Notes under the pieces: model-generated
The model's database searches: none
What the model saw: the letters and a program-made list of their open reading frames with translations, nothing else
What the model was told of the DNA's origin: nothing
Virus record (IMG/VR): IMGVR_UViG_3300027734_003164
Span: 152,576-216,575 of that record
DNA from: a virus
Taxonomy: Duplodnaviria > Caudoviricetes
Reading direction: 5' to 3' (one strand)
DNA: 64,000 nt
Made by a program: the position numbers and the translations under genes
Shown here: positions 18,435-29,040 of the stretch, one piece after another
Layout: each line of letters starts with the position of its first letter
Position numbering within the stretch: position 1 is the first letter of the stretch

Positions 18435-19261
18435 AAATATCACTAAACACGATGGTAAAAAATGAAGCGGACACACTTCAAAACGTTTTACCGATATGGA
18501 ATAAATACAAGGTTGATTATTTTATTTTTTACAATGACAATTCAACTGACGAAACCGTAGACGTTATATATGATTTACTACCTGAAGAAAAAATTATTAT
18601 ATTAAATCATCACCTTGAATCTTTTAATGAAGGGTACCAAAGACAAACTATGATAGATAAAAGTAGAGAACTGGGAATTGATTATATTATATGTTTAGAT
18701 GCGGATGAACTGTTAAGTAGTAATATTACCAAAGACATAACTACTTTCATGAAAAACTATGAAGAATATGACATGAAATTGTTTTGGTATAATGTTGTGA
18801 ATGATGGACTTATTCTTTATAGAAACGACCCAATGTATTCAAATAATTACAGGACTTTTGTATTACCAGTAAAAAACATAGGAGATTTAAATAAAAATGA
18901 TTGGAAATATCACACACCTAGAACTCCCGAGGTAAATTTACCTAAAAAATTTACAAAAGATTATGGAATTATACATCTTCAAAGCGTAAATAGAAAATAT
19001 TATGCAATGAAACAATTATGGTATAAACATCATGAGTTTAAACATTATAACCACACAGTTGATTTTATTAATGGAAGATATGACTCAGTAGTGAATAATT
19101 TAAATTTTAACCCCCAATTTACACCTAAAGAAATTATAGATGGTATTGACATAGACTTATCGTTTTTTAATCTATTAGAAGTAAAAAAAGGATATTATGA
19201 TTTTATCATAAACAATAAAAACGAAGATTTAATAACATTTGGAAAGGAATATTTTATATGA
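18431..19261 (+). CDS. GT2-like glycosyltransferase
   Basis: MVKNEA, YNDNSTD, CLDADE (DxD) motifs. Confidence 0.8.
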   Translation: MKISLNTMVKNEADTLQNVLPIWNKYKVDYFIFYNDNSTDETVDVIYDLLPEEKIIILNHHLESFNEGYQRQTMIDKSRELGIDYIICLDADELLSSNITKDITTFMKNYEEYDMKLFWYNVVNDGLILYRNDPMYSNNYRTFVLPVKNIGDLNKNDWKYHTPRTPEVNLPKKFTKDYGIIHLQSVNRKYYAMKQLWYKHHEFKHYNHTVDFINGRYDSVVNNLNFNPQFTPKEIIDGIDIDLSFFNLLEVKKGYYDFIINNKNEDLITFGKEYFI

Positions 19262-19995
19262 ATTACACAATAGGAATAACAACATTTTCGGCTAGAATAG
19301 ATTTTTTAATCAAACTTTTAGAACAAATACGTTTTTTTACTGAAGTACCAATTATTGTAGTTATTAATGGTGAAAAGAATGGAAAATTATCTGACGATTA
19401 TTTACTAAAATTATATTCTCTTTTTTCTAGATACAATCAAATATATCCAATATTTTTTCAAGAAATTAGAGGACTATCAAAAATGTGGAATACGGCTATT
19501 ATTCATTCGTCTTCTGATAATATATTATTGTTGAATGATGATATTGAAATTCACAACAATGATATATTCAAAAAAGTAGAGGAGCTTTCAAATAATAATA
19601 GTTTTAACTCAATTTGTAAATTTAATGGGTCTTTTTCACATTTTTTTGTTAAGAAAGAATGTATTGAAAAAATTGGATTTTTTGATGAGAGGTTACTAGG
19701 ATTTGGAGAGGAAGATGGTGATATATCATATAGACTTATAAAGGATAGTATGGAACTCCGCTCATTAGGTGTTTCAGGTTTAATTAATATTGTTTCTGAT
19801 GTAAGGCATTCTGAAATTAAACCGGGTATTGGTAAATACTCTAAATTTAATAGGGATTTTATATATGGTCAAAAATATGTACCAACTAATCAAGGTATTA
19901 AAGGTATGTTTGACACTCCGATGATTGAAAACCTACAAAATGAAAATATTAATCCTTACGAAGTATTTTTTAGAGAGAATAAATCAAAATTATAG
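19258..19995 (+). CDS. GT2-like glycosyltransferase
   Basis: LSKMWN, LLLNDDI, FFDER..GFGEEDGD. Confidence 0.8.
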   Translation: MNYTIGITTFSARIDFLIKLLEQIRFFTEVPIIVVINGEKNGKLSDDYLLKLYSLFSRYNQIYPIFFQEIRGLSKMWNTAIIHSSSDNILLLNDDIEIHNNDIFKKVEELSNNNSFNSICKFNGSFSHFFVKKECIEKIGFFDERLLGFGEEDGDISYRLIKDSMELRSLGVSGLINIVSDVRHSEIKPGIGKYSKFNRDFIYGQKYVPTNQGIKGMFDTPMIENLQNENINPYEVFFRENKSKL

Positions 19996-20004
19996 AATAG
20001 AAAA

Positions 20005-21210
20005 ATGTTAGACTTGAATAATTTAATACCTTTTAAAACACTTTTTGAAAGTGATAATAACGGGAGAGAAATTAATATTTACAAATTACATAATGTGCAA
20101 TTTTATGAAAATAACATTTTTTATCCAAATGTGATATTAAAGTCTGAAAAAAACGACATAAAACCTATTAATGAAACGGTATTATCATTAAAGGAATTGG
20201 ATTTTTCATCACATAATAAATCAATGTTAGAAATAAAAGATAGAGATTCAAAACCTTATTTTTTCTTCATTTATAATACTGATAACTATTATCATTTTGT
20301 GTATGATACACTACCATATTTAATTACGTTTTTTGAACTTAAAAAAGAAATCCCCGATTTACAACTTTTGATGAATTACCCTAATTACCAAAAGTTTGAA
20401 CATTATAAATTTGTTATTGAATTTTTATATATTTTATCAATAAACAAAGATGATATTACAATTGTAAATCCATCTATCGCATATGATAATTTATACGTAT
20501 CTAATTCATACACTCACGATGGTAAATCAAATATTAAACCAAGAAATGAAGTTTACAAGTTTTACAATAATATGGTTAATTTTATAACTAATGATATTAA
20601 AAAAGAAAAATTACCGACAAAAATTTATATTTCCAGAAGAACATGGATTAATAAAGACACGTCAAATATAGGTACAAATTATACAACAAAAAGAAGATTA
20701 TTAAATGAAGATGAGATTGTTGAGTATTTAAAAACTAAAGGTTTTGTTGAAGTTTTTACTGAAAATCTTTCAACACCTGAGAAAATATTATTATTCAATA
20801 ATGCGGAACACATTATAGGGCCGATAGGTGGTGGGTTATGTAATGCACTATTTTCTAACAAAAAAACAAAATTAACAGTTTTAAATTCACCCACTTTTTT
20901 TGACATAAACTATCGGTTTTTATTTTCGTTTGAAAATGTTAATTATGAAATATTAGATATTTCTGAACATACAGAAAAAAGTAAAATAAAAAAATTCATG
21001 AGAGTTAAATTTGATAATAAAGTGGGTGAAGTGGTTGACATAGATGGTGATAATATTACTATTAATTATAGTGATATGGATGTTGCGGGGTGGAATAATC
21101 AAATTGAATTTAAACAAATTATTAAAAATATAATGGAACTAATCCCTTTAGATGACGGACTTAATTCTGAATGGATAATTGACATTAAAAAACTAAAAGA
21201 AATAATATGA
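20005..21210 (+). CDS. GT61-family glycosyltransferase (DUF563-like)
   Basis: NYYHF..D.LP, IYISRR, RRLLNEDE, FNNAEHIIGPIGGGLCN. Confidence 0.8.
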   Translation: MLDLNNLIPFKTLFESDNNGREINIYKLHNVQFYENNIFYPNVILKSEKNDIKPINETVLSLKELDFSSHNKSMLEIKDRDSKPYFFFIYNTDNYYHFVYDTLPYLITFFELKKEIPDLQLLMNYPNYQKFEHYKFVIEFLYILSINKDDITIVNPSIAYDNLYVSNSYTHDGKSNIKPRNEVYKFYNNMVNFITNDIKKEKLPTKIYISRRTWINKDTSNIGTNYTTKRRLLNEDEIVEYLKTKGFVEVFTENLSTPEKILLFNNAEHIIGPIGGGLCNALFSNKKTKLTVLNSPTFFDINYRFLFSFENVNYEILDISEHTEKSKIKKFMRVKFDNKVGEVVDIDGDNITINYSDMDVAGWNNQIEFKQIIKNIMELIPLDDGLNSEWIIDIKKLKEII

Positions 21211-22025
21211 TTAATTATGTAATTTATGGTCATACGGATTATTTAGACGTTTTAAATATCCAAACTGATTACTCACAAAATAAGGGACATTTGACTCTTT
21301 TTATAAATGAAAATAATTTAGAACTAACAGATTTATATGAAAAATATAATGAGGTTATTTTTTATGATGATAAGGGCACTTACGCAACGAGAGTTTTAAG
21401 TTGTTTAGAAAAAATAAAGTATGATTATATTTTATTTTTTCACGATATTGACATTATATTAAAAAGTGATGATAGGACTATTGAAAAATTGTTTGAGTTT
21501 TTAAGAACAAATAATTTTGATAGGGTCGATTTAAAATTTTCAGATAAGATTAACCCATCGACAAAATTAATTAAAATAAATAATTTAGATGATATATCAG
21601 AATGGGAACATATTAATATGAGTGAAATTGAGAAAAAAAATAATATTCCGTATTTAATTGAACAGGACGATGTGACTAATTACATATATAATGTAAACCC
21701 GTCTATATGGAAAAAAGAATCTTTTATTGATTTACTTAGTAATTTTAAACATAAAAATTATCGTACAATAGAAGACATTGATGTCCAAGAGTACTCAAAA
21801 AAATTCAAAATATTTAAAATGTTTTCAAACAAAAAACTAAATTGTGGGTATTTCCAATGCTTAGAAAGTTTTGTATACTTACATATAAGTCATAATGGTA
21901 AACTTTTACCATTAAATATGAATTTTGTTACAGTTTACGGTCAATCTTACCGTGATATAAGTAATGAATATATAAAAATTGTAGAAAAATATAATCTAAT
22001 AAATTCAAATAAATGGTATAAATAA
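21207..22025 (+). CDS. Putative glycosyltransferase-like protein (paralog of 22947..23756)
   Basis: FFHDID DxD-like motif; YNVNPSIWKKE shared with the paralog. Confidence 0.55.
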   Translation: MINYVIYGHTDYLDVLNIQTDYSQNKGHLTLFINENNLELTDLYEKYNEVIFYDDKGTYATRVLSCLEKIKYDYILFFHDIDIILKSDDRTIEKLFEFLRTNNFDRVDLKFSDKINPSTKLIKINNLDDISEWEHINMSEIEKKNNIPYLIEQDDVTNYIYNVNPSIWKKESFIDLLSNFKHKNYRTIEDIDVQEYSKKFKIFKMFSNKKLNCGYFQCLESFVYLHISHNGKLLPLNMNFVTVYGQSYRDISNEYIKIVEKYNLINSNKWYK

Positions 22026-22026
22026 T

Positions 22027-22950
22027 ATGAGCTTAGAACAATTAAAAGAATGTAAATACATTTCTAGTGTTGGAATGTTACTATCATTGGACGATAATAA
22101 CATCATAACCTATCAGAAAGAACCTCACAGAATAACTCATGATTTCGTAAAATTATTAAATGGTAAAGATGGTGATTGCATCTACATTAAATTTGCATTT
22201 TTTACCCAATTTATACATCAAATTTTACCACAATTAAATTATAAATTTATATTAATCACGGGAGACGGAGATGAAACTATGCCTGACGATATGATTAGTC
22301 CTGAAATATTTAATAATATTATTAATGACGCAAGACTAATACATTGGTATTCAGTAAACTGTAATGAACGTTATCATGAAAAATTTTCATTAATACCTAT
22401 TGGTGTAAATTTCCATTCTCTAACATTTGGTGAATTTTGCGGGTGGAGTAGTGGTGCGATGACACCAAAAGAACAAGAAGAAATGTTGGATTCCATAAAG
22501 AAAAAATCTGGAGAATTTTATCAAAGACAACCTAAATGTTACTCTAATTTTCATTTTGTAACATATTCGGAGTTTGGTAATCCGAGACAGGACGCCATTA
22601 ACAAAATACCAAAGGACCTAATTTATTATGAACCTTCATTAGTAGATAGAGAAACAACTTGGACAAAAAACGCAGAGTACGCATTTACCGTATCCCCAAT
22701 GGGACATGGTATGGATTGTCATAGAACATGGGAATCGTTAATGTTAGGTACAATTGTAATTGTAAAAAAATCTCAATTAGATAGTTTATATGAAGGGTTA
22801 CCTGTACTTATCGTGGATGATTGGAGTGAAATTACACAAGATTTATTAGATAAGACAATTGAAGAATTTAAAAATAAAGAATTTAACTATGAAAGAATCA
22901 CCCTAAAATATTGGGTAGATAAAATCCGTAATACCCCATACCAAAAATGA
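22027..22950 (+). CDS. Putative glycosyltransferase (exostosin/GT47-like C-terminus)
   Basis: FTVSPMGHGMDCHRTWESLMLGTIVIV...GLPVLIVDDW. Confidence 0.6.
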   Translation: MSLEQLKECKYISSVGMLLSLDDNNIITYQKEPHRITHDFVKLLNGKDGDCIYIKFAFFTQFIHQILPQLNYKFILITGDGDETMPDDMISPEIFNNIINDARLIHWYSVNCNERYHEKFSLIPIGVNFHSLTFGEFCGWSSGAMTPKEQEEMLDSIKKKSGEFYQRQPKCYSNFHFVTYSEFGNPRQDAINKIPKDLIYYEPSLVDRETTWTKNAEYAFTVSPMGHGMDCHRTWESLMLGTIVIVKKSQLDSLYEGLPVLIVDDWSEITQDLLDKTIEEFKNKEFNYERITLKYWVDKIRNTPYQK

Positions 22951-23756
22951 TATTTTTTGATGTAAAAAAATTTGAATTATCAGACAACACTCATATTGAT
23001 AAATTGAAATTTGTCGTTTATAGTCATTCTTCTTTCTTAGAGGTTTTAAAGATACAAATTGATTATTTAACCAATATTGGGGATATGATTTTAATCATAA
23101 ATAAAAATGATGAAGACCTTAATGAAATCTATAATAGTTTTGAAAAAGTTATTTTTTATGATGATTCACAACCATATGGTTACCGTTTATTAAGTACTAT
23201 TGAAGAAGTTCCCTATGATTATTTTATTTTCATACACGATAATGATATTGTATTTCATATTGATGTAGAAAAAGTAAAAAGTATGTTTACCTTTTTGCGT
23301 AAAAATAACTATGATAGAGTAGATTTTCAATTAGCATATGATTTTGATACTCTAAAAGGTCACGAAATAATGGATGACGAGTTATATTATATTAAATCGT
23401 CAAATACTGATACAGCAAATAAAGGTTATCCATATAATGTAAATCCATCAATATGGAAAAAAGAAACATTACTTGACATAATGAATAAATTTGGATTTAG
23501 GGATTATAGAACAATTGAACACCCTGAAACTCAAAACTACGCAGTTAATTTTAACATCTTTAAACTTTTTTCAAAAAACAAATATCAATGCGGATATTTT
23601 ATTTGTATGGAGCCGTTTAGATATATTCACATAACACATAGTCAGAAATATTTAAATATAAACTCATTACCTATTGGCTCTTGTGAAGACATTAAAGATG
23701 AATACGAAAAAATAGTAAATAAATATAATTTAAAAAATTCAAGTAAATGGATGTAA
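22947..23756 (+). CDS. Putative glycosyltransferase-like protein (paralog of 21207..22025)
   Basis: FIHDND, NYDRVD, YNVNPSIWKKE, YRTIE motifs. Confidence 0.55.
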   Translation: MIFFDVKKFELSDNTHIDKLKFVVYSHSSFLEVLKIQIDYLTNIGDMILIINKNDEDLNEIYNSFEKVIFYDDSQPYGYRLLSTIEEVPYDYFIFIHDNDIVFHIDVEKVKSMFTFLRKNNYDRVDFQLAYDFDTLKGHEIMDDELYYIKSSNTDTANKGYPYNVNPSIWKKETLLDIMNKFGFRDYRTIEHPETQNYAVNFNIFKLFSKNKYQCGYFICMEPFRYIHITHSQKYLNINSLPIGSCEDIKDEYEKIVNKYNLKNSSKWM

Positions 23757-24538
23757 TTAAAAATTTAAATAAACCAATTTTTATCATTGCTCATAAATAT
23801 TTTAGAGGTTATGAGTCATATAGTGAATATTATGTACAAACCATACAAAAATTTTATGAAGACTCTCTTATAATTTTTGTCGATAATAACTCAAACCACA
23901 AAGAAGACATTTTTGTAAATTTAAGAAAATATAAAAATGTGATATTATTAGATAATAATATAGAGTGTAAATTTGAAATTGGCGCATATCAAGTTGGTTT
24001 AAAATACCTTCTGGATAATTCATTAATTAATGATTATTCATACATTGTTTTAACACAAGACACGTTCATATTGAAAAATAAATTAGATTTCAAGGAACTC
24101 CATAATGAAAACGTTAAGGCCTGTACTATAAATTCATACTTCCAAGATGGTATGTTACAAGGTATATCAAATGAGGTACTATCAAAATTAGGATTACTAG
24201 ATAATTTAGACAAATGTACTTTTTGTTGGTGTTGTAGTTTTATTATATCATCCTCAAAAACTGAACAGTTATATGATTATTTTAAACAAATAGTAATAAC
24301 AAATAGAACTGAAAGTTGTGCTGCGGAAAGATATTTGGCTAGAATTTTATGGGAATTAAATGACCATAAAAATTATGATATTGATGGCGATATACGGCAC
24401 TTAGGGGACGTGTGGAATAATATACCGAATCCAAACCCTAAATATGATTGTCACTCAGTTAATCCTTTTGATGAAAATATAAAAACTTTTTTTGTTAAAA
24501 GAGCCCAACAAAAAACGGAACAAACAGTAGATAGATGA
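23747..24538 (+). CDS. Putative glycan-biosynthesis protein (GT-A-like)
   Basis: IIFVDNNS, FEIGAY, VLTQDTF, AAERY; position in the GT operon. Confidence 0.45.
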   Translation: MDVIKNLNKPIFIIAHKYFRGYESYSEYYVQTIQKFYEDSLIIFVDNNSNHKEDIFVNLRKYKNVILLDNNIECKFEIGAYQVGLKYLLDNSLINDYSYIVLTQDTFILKNKLDFKELHNENVKACTINSYFQDGMLQGISNEVLSKLGLLDNLDKCTFCWCCSFIISSSKTEQLYDYFKQIVITNRTESCAAERYLARILWELNDHKNYDIDGDIRHLGDVWNNIPNPNPKYDCHSVNPFDENIKTFFVKRAQQKTEQTVDR

Positions 24539-25422
24539 TTATTGAAAAAATTAATAACAGTTTTTTATATTACACAGATACTCAGGTTATACATACTAGA
24601 GAGTATTATAACTACATAGTTGGTTTGTTAAAAAATTGGTTAAATAGTAGTACTGAGGACATAAACATTATCTTTGGTGATTATTATTTTGACTTTAAAA
24701 ATAATAATAAAACAATAAAGATTGACATACAATGTGAACATACCTTAGTAAAAGAAGGGGGTAGGTCTGTTAATGATATAATATATGGTAATGTAAAAAA
24801 TTCAGATGGGGTTTATTTAGTACGTATTGATAAATTTAACTATCTTAATTCATTAGACTATATTATTGAGTATAGTTTGCCTAATGTTGAGAACATTAGG
24901 TCTTGCGGTAAATTCCAAAACTTTTTATCAAAAGTAATTTACGTACCTCCTATTTTATACCAACTCAATTTTAGTGGTGATAAAACTAAAGTAATTACAT
25001 TATTTGATTCAAAATCTAACTTTAGGAGAATAAGCACTTTAACACAAATGAGTAAGTTAGGTATTGATAATACCACGGTAGGTGACTGTTTTTCAAATGA
25101 ATGTTTATTAGACTTATATAATAAAACAAAAATAATGGTAAACGTACATCAGACAGACCACCATCATACTTTTGAAGAATTACGTGTTTTACCAGCATTA
25201 CTTAATGGTGTTATCATTGTTAGTGAAGATGTTCCATTAAAAGAAAAAATACCATACAATCAATATATCATTTGGGCCAATTACGACGATATACCAAGTA
25301 AAACTAAAGAAGTAATTGATAACTATGATTTTTATTATGATAAAATATTCAATGACCCAAAACTTTTAGATATATTAAATGATATGAAATATAAAAATAA
25401 AAATTTGTTTAAATCACTTTAA
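24535..25422 (+). CDS. Putative GT-B glycosyltransferase
   Basis: KIMVNVH...FEELRVLPALLNGVIIVSE, typical of Glyco_trans_1_2-like C-termini. Confidence 0.6.
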   Translation: MIIEKINNSFLYYTDTQVIHTREYYNYIVGLLKNWLNSSTEDINIIFGDYYFDFKNNNKTIKIDIQCEHTLVKEGGRSVNDIIYGNVKNSDGVYLVRIDKFNYLNSLDYIIEYSLPNVENIRSCGKFQNFLSKVIYVPPILYQLNFSGDKTKVITLFDSKSNFRRISTLTQMSKLGIDNTTVGDCFSNECLLDLYNKTKIMVNVHQTDHHHTFEELRVLPALLNGVIIVSEDVPLKEKIPYNQYIIWANYDDIPSKTKEVIDNYDFYYDKIFNDPKLLDILNDMKYKNKNLFKSL

Positions 25423-25425
25423 CAT

Positions 25426-26880
25426 ATGAAAGTTGCACTATTAATTGCCGGTTATATAAGAAATTATGAAACAAGTATTGAGTTTATACAGAATGAGATA
25501 ATTAAAAAATTTGACAATGTTGATGTATATTTACACATTACAAAAAGTGAAAATATTGAGGATAAATACCTAAATCAAATAGAGGATTCGGATATTCAAA
25601 AAATAGTGGAAGGGCTCAACCCAATAACCACTATTGTTGAAAATAACCAATTATATGTTGATGACAATAGAATTAATAATGTAATAAATCTTTGGGCTAA
25701 GTTGTATAAACTAAATGAAATAAAATCTATCCGAGAATCGGAATCAACCGATTATGATTTAGTAATACGTTACCGATTAGATTTAAACATTCTAACTAAG
25801 AATCTATTTGGCATCTTAATTGAGGATGATATTGTATATCTACCTTTAGATGCTAAAATGGATAAAACCAGACTTACTAATTCTGACGATGGATACCTTT
25901 GTGATGCTCTCGCATTTGGTAGGTCAAAAATAATGAATAAATATTTTGATATTTATGAATTTTATGGTAATAAATTTTTACCTGTATCTGAAACATCGTT
26001 ATTTGAATATTTAACAAATAATAATATTTGTTTCAAACAAATAGACATTAAATATAACTTCTTATTGTCTAAGTGTAATATTTTTGCAATTTGCGGCGAT
26101 TCAGGCTCAGGAAAATCTACATTAAGCACACTATTAAAAAATTGTTATAATAATTCTTTCACTTTAGAATGTGATAGGTATCATAAATGGGAGCGTCATA
26201 ATAAAAATTGGGAGCAAACAACTCATTTAAACCCAAAAGCAAATTACATCACCAAAATGGAAGAAGATATTTTTAATTTAAAATTAGGTAATGAAATTTA
26301 TCAAGTAGATTACGACCATCACAGTGGAAAGTTTACTGAAAAGCAATTAATTAACCCATCGGATAATCTCATAGTTTGTGGATTACATAGTTTGTATGGG
26401 GATAATAATCTTTATGATTTAAAAATTTTCATGGACACTGATAATGAGTTGAAAAAAAAATGGAAAGTTAAACGTGACGTATTAGAAAGAGGATATAGTA
26501 TCGATAAAGTATTGGAAAGTATCGAAAAAAGACAGAAAGACTTCAATATGTTTATAAAACCTCAAAGAGAAAATGCCGACCTTGTAGTACGTTTTTTTAG
26601 TAAAGATGAAATAGATTACACTAATTTAAATAATAAAGAATCCTTAAGTTTAGAAATTTCAATAGGAGAAAACTGTAAAAACCTAAAAACCGTTTTAAAA
26701 GACCTTGAAGATTTAAATATTGAGTATAGATTTAAAAAAAATAATAATTTTATAAGTATAATTTTTGACGAGTACACGGAACTAAACGTTAAAGACGGAG
26801 GTTTTTTAACTAATAACAAAACAAATAGTTTTTACGACATAATACTATATCTTATTTTTCATCTCAACTTTACTGTTTAA
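25426..26880 (+). CDS. Fusion: N-terminal glycan-associated domain plus phosphoribulokinase-like kinase
   Basis: P-loop GDSGSGKST, DRYH, LNPKAN, YDH.SG, GLH, WK.KRD..ERG, DF..FI.PQ, which parallel plant/cyanobacterial PRK motifs. N-terminus ALLIAGYIRNY...VIRYRLD...DALAFG. Confidence 0.75.
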   Translation: MKVALLIAGYIRNYETSIEFIQNEIIKKFDNVDVYLHITKSENIEDKYLNQIEDSDIQKIVEGLNPITTIVENNQLYVDDNRINNVINLWAKLYKLNEIKSIRESESTDYDLVIRYRLDLNILTKNLFGILIEDDIVYLPLDAKMDKTRLTNSDDGYLCDALAFGRSKIMNKYFDIYEFYGNKFLPVSETSLFEYLTNNNICFKQIDIKYNFLLSKCNIFAICGDSGSGKSTLSTLLKNCYNNSFTLECDRYHKWERHNKNWEQTTHLNPKANYITKMEEDIFNLKLGNEIYQVDYDHHSGKFTEKQLINPSDNLIVCGLHSLYGDNNLYDLKIFMDTDNELKKKWKVKRDVLERGYSIDKVLESIEKRQKDFNMFIKPQRENADLVVRFFSKDEIDYTNLNNKESLSLEISIGENCKNLKTVLKDLEDLNIEYRFKKNNNFISIIFDEYTELNVKDGGFLTNNKTNSFYDIILYLIFHLNFTV

Positions 26881-26904
26881 TTTTTTTATCTTATTTTTCT
26901 TAAA

Positions 26905-27576
26905 ATGAAGTTATTCAAAAATAATACTATTAAAAAACTTATCAACTTATCTAATCAAATAAGTAAGTATTGTGTTGGTATGGAGGGTAATGTGTCAGGA
27001 AAAGATGGTGATTTTTTCTACATAAAGGCAAGCGGTAGCCATCTTTATGAGTTAGGTTTAAATGATTTAGTAAAATATGACTTTAATGGTAATCAGTTAA
27101 ATAATTTTAAAAAAAAAGGTAGTATGGAGTTAGGATTTCATACCTTTTTACTTACTTATGAAAATATAAATTTTATTTCCCATACACACCCCAGTAAGAC
27201 AGTTTCAATACTATCAAGTGATAAAATTTTAGAATTTGCCAATGAACGCATATTTCCTGACCAAGTTATTTTTAATGGGGAAAAATCATGTATAGTTCCT
27301 TATGCAAAACCAGGGGATGAACTAACGAAATTTATTAAAAAATATGTCACAGAATTTATTAATGAAAATAATACATTTCCTAAATTAATTTTACTTCAAA
27401 ATCACGGCATTATCGCATGTGGTTCTACAATTGAAGAGTGTACGATAATTTCAGACATTTGTGAAAAGTCTGCAGAAATTTTTCTAAGTTCACCTAAAAT
27501 AAATTTTCTTAGAAAACAAGACATAAATAGTTTGTTAGATGACGAAAAAGAAAAATATAGAAAATCATTATTATGA
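26905..27576 (+). CDS. Class II aldolase/epimerase family protein (AraD/FucA/MtnB-like)
   Basis: EGNVS, KASG, SMELGFH, HTHP, LQNHG metal ligands. Confidence 0.88.
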   Translation: MKLFKNNTIKKLINLSNQISKYCVGMEGNVSGKDGDFFYIKASGSHLYELGLNDLVKYDFNGNQLNNFKKKGSMELGFHTFLLTYENINFISHTHPSKTVSILSSDKILEFANERIFPDQVIFNGEKSCIVPYAKPGDELTKFIKKYVTEFINENNTFPKLILLQNHGIIACGSTIEECTIISDICEKSAEIFLSSPKINFLRKQDINSLLDDEKEKYRKSLL

Positions 27577-28292
27577 ATAGAGAAGGAATAAGTTTAGGTT
27601 GGAATTGCTCCGCAGCCCAAGAAGCGTTGTCAATTGGATTACGAAAAAATAAATCTGATGGATATAACACTTGTCCATTTGATATGATGATATCAAATTA
27701 TGTAGGTCTTTGTGAATGTATTAAGGACGACTTTAAACATTTTTGTGACCCCAAATATATAGAACTACGTCCGGCGCCTAAAATGAACAAACATATACCA
27801 AATCAAAAAGATGATGAATTATGGGTTTATAATACATATTATAATTTTGTATTTAATCACGAATCTCCATATCATGGCAATCTTTATTTAAATGAAACTT
27901 GGTCTAGTCCTTATCATTTTGTTGAAAATGATTTTAAAAATTTTATAGAAAGATATAGTAAAAGAATAGAAAGTTTTAGAAACTATTTAAATGGTAATAA
28001 TTTTATTGATTTTGTTTTAGTTCGTTATAATTCAGTACCTTATGAATTAGAAAATATTATAAAAGAAAAATACCCAAACTTAAAATTTAAGATACATACA
28101 ATATCAAGATTTACAAATAATAATATTGGACATTTATATAATTGTACAATTGATGGAGGCGTTAGTTATGAAATGGATTATTTGGAATATATGGGCATAA
28201 ATCAAAATAATAACCCAATGGAAATAAAAAGATACCTTTCTGATTTTAATAATTTAATCGGAGATATAAATGAAAATATAACAATAATATGA
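27573..28292 (+). CDS. Hypothetical protein, DUF1796-like (putative papain-like fold)
   Basis: ISLGWNC...CPFD...FNHE...RY.KRIE.F pattern. Confidence 0.5.
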   Translation: MNREGISLGWNCSAAQEALSIGLRKNKSDGYNTCPFDMMISNYVGLCECIKDDFKHFCDPKYIELRPAPKMNKHIPNQKDDELWVYNTYYNFVFNHESPYHGNLYLNETWSSPYHFVENDFKNFIERYSKRIESFRNYLNGNNFIDFVLVRYNSVPYELENIIKEKYPNLKFKIHTISRFTNNNIGHLYNCTIDGGVSYEMDYLEYMGINQNNNPMEIKRYLSDFNNLIGDINENITII

Positions 28293-28588
28293 ATTTAAAA
28301 GTAATATATGTTGACATAGATGAGACTATTTGTAAAACGTCTGAGGATAGGAAGTATGAAAACTCAACTCCAATCTATGAAAATATTGAAAAAATAAATA
28401 ATCTATACGAACAGGGACATACTATAGTTTACTGGACCGCTAGAGGTAGTAGAAAACAATTAAACTGGTATGATTTAACATATAATCAATTAAATATGTG
28501 GGGTGCCAAGTTTCATGAATTAAGGGTCGATAAACCATATTATGATGTCTTTGTAGATGATAAAACACTAAGAATTGAAGAAATATGA
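28289..28588 (+). CDS. Small HAD-superfamily phosphatase (capsule-biosynthesis type)
   Basis: Motif I VDIDETI, II WTARG, III/IV KPYYDVFVDDK. Confidence 0.85.
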   Translation: MNLKVIYVDIDETICKTSEDRKYENSTPIYENIEKINNLYEQGHTIVYWTARGSRKQLNWYDLTYNQLNMWGAKFHELRVDKPYYDVFVDDKTLRIEEI

Positions 28589-29040
28589 AAATTATATCTC
28601 ACAGAGGAAACATAAACGGACCTATACCAAAAAAAGAAAATAGACCATCGTATATTGATTCGGCAATACAACTCGGATATGAGGTTGAAATTGACTTAAG
28701 GGTTATTAATAATGAGTTTTGGTTAGGTCATGACGAACCTCAATATAAAATTGAATTGTTATGGATGCGTTTAAGAAAAGAAAAATTATGGTTTCATTGT
28801 AAAGATATGGAATCCGCACTTATGTTAGCTTCATTAGATGATGATTTTAAATATTTTTGCCATTCATCTGAACCTTACGTTTGTACAAGTCATAAATATC
28901 TATGGATTCATGATTTAACATCAGGAATAAATGATAAATGCATAATTCCTCTTTTATCTAAAGATGATATTATGAACTATAAAAACAATAAACCTTACGC
29001 GATATGTACCGATTTTGTTAACACTATAACTTTAAAATGA
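28585..29040 (+). CDS. GDPD/PI-PLC-like phosphodiesterase-fold protein
   Basis: ISHRGN...EN...GYEVEID...LGHD...ICTDF. Confidence 0.7.
   Translation: MKIISHRGNINGPIPKKENRPSYIDSAIQLGYEVEIDLRVINNEFWLGHDEPQYKIELLWMRLRKEKLWFHCKDMESALMLASLDDDFKYFCHSSEPYVCTSHKYLWIHDLTSGINDKCIIPLLSKDDIMNYKNNKPYAICTDFVNTITLK

Noticed and set aside
26070-26880. PRK as a Calvin-cycle auxiliary gene
   Set aside because: It is fused to a glycan-type domain inside a glycosyltransferase operon, no RuBisCO or CP12 is present, and the host signals are Bacteroidota-like.
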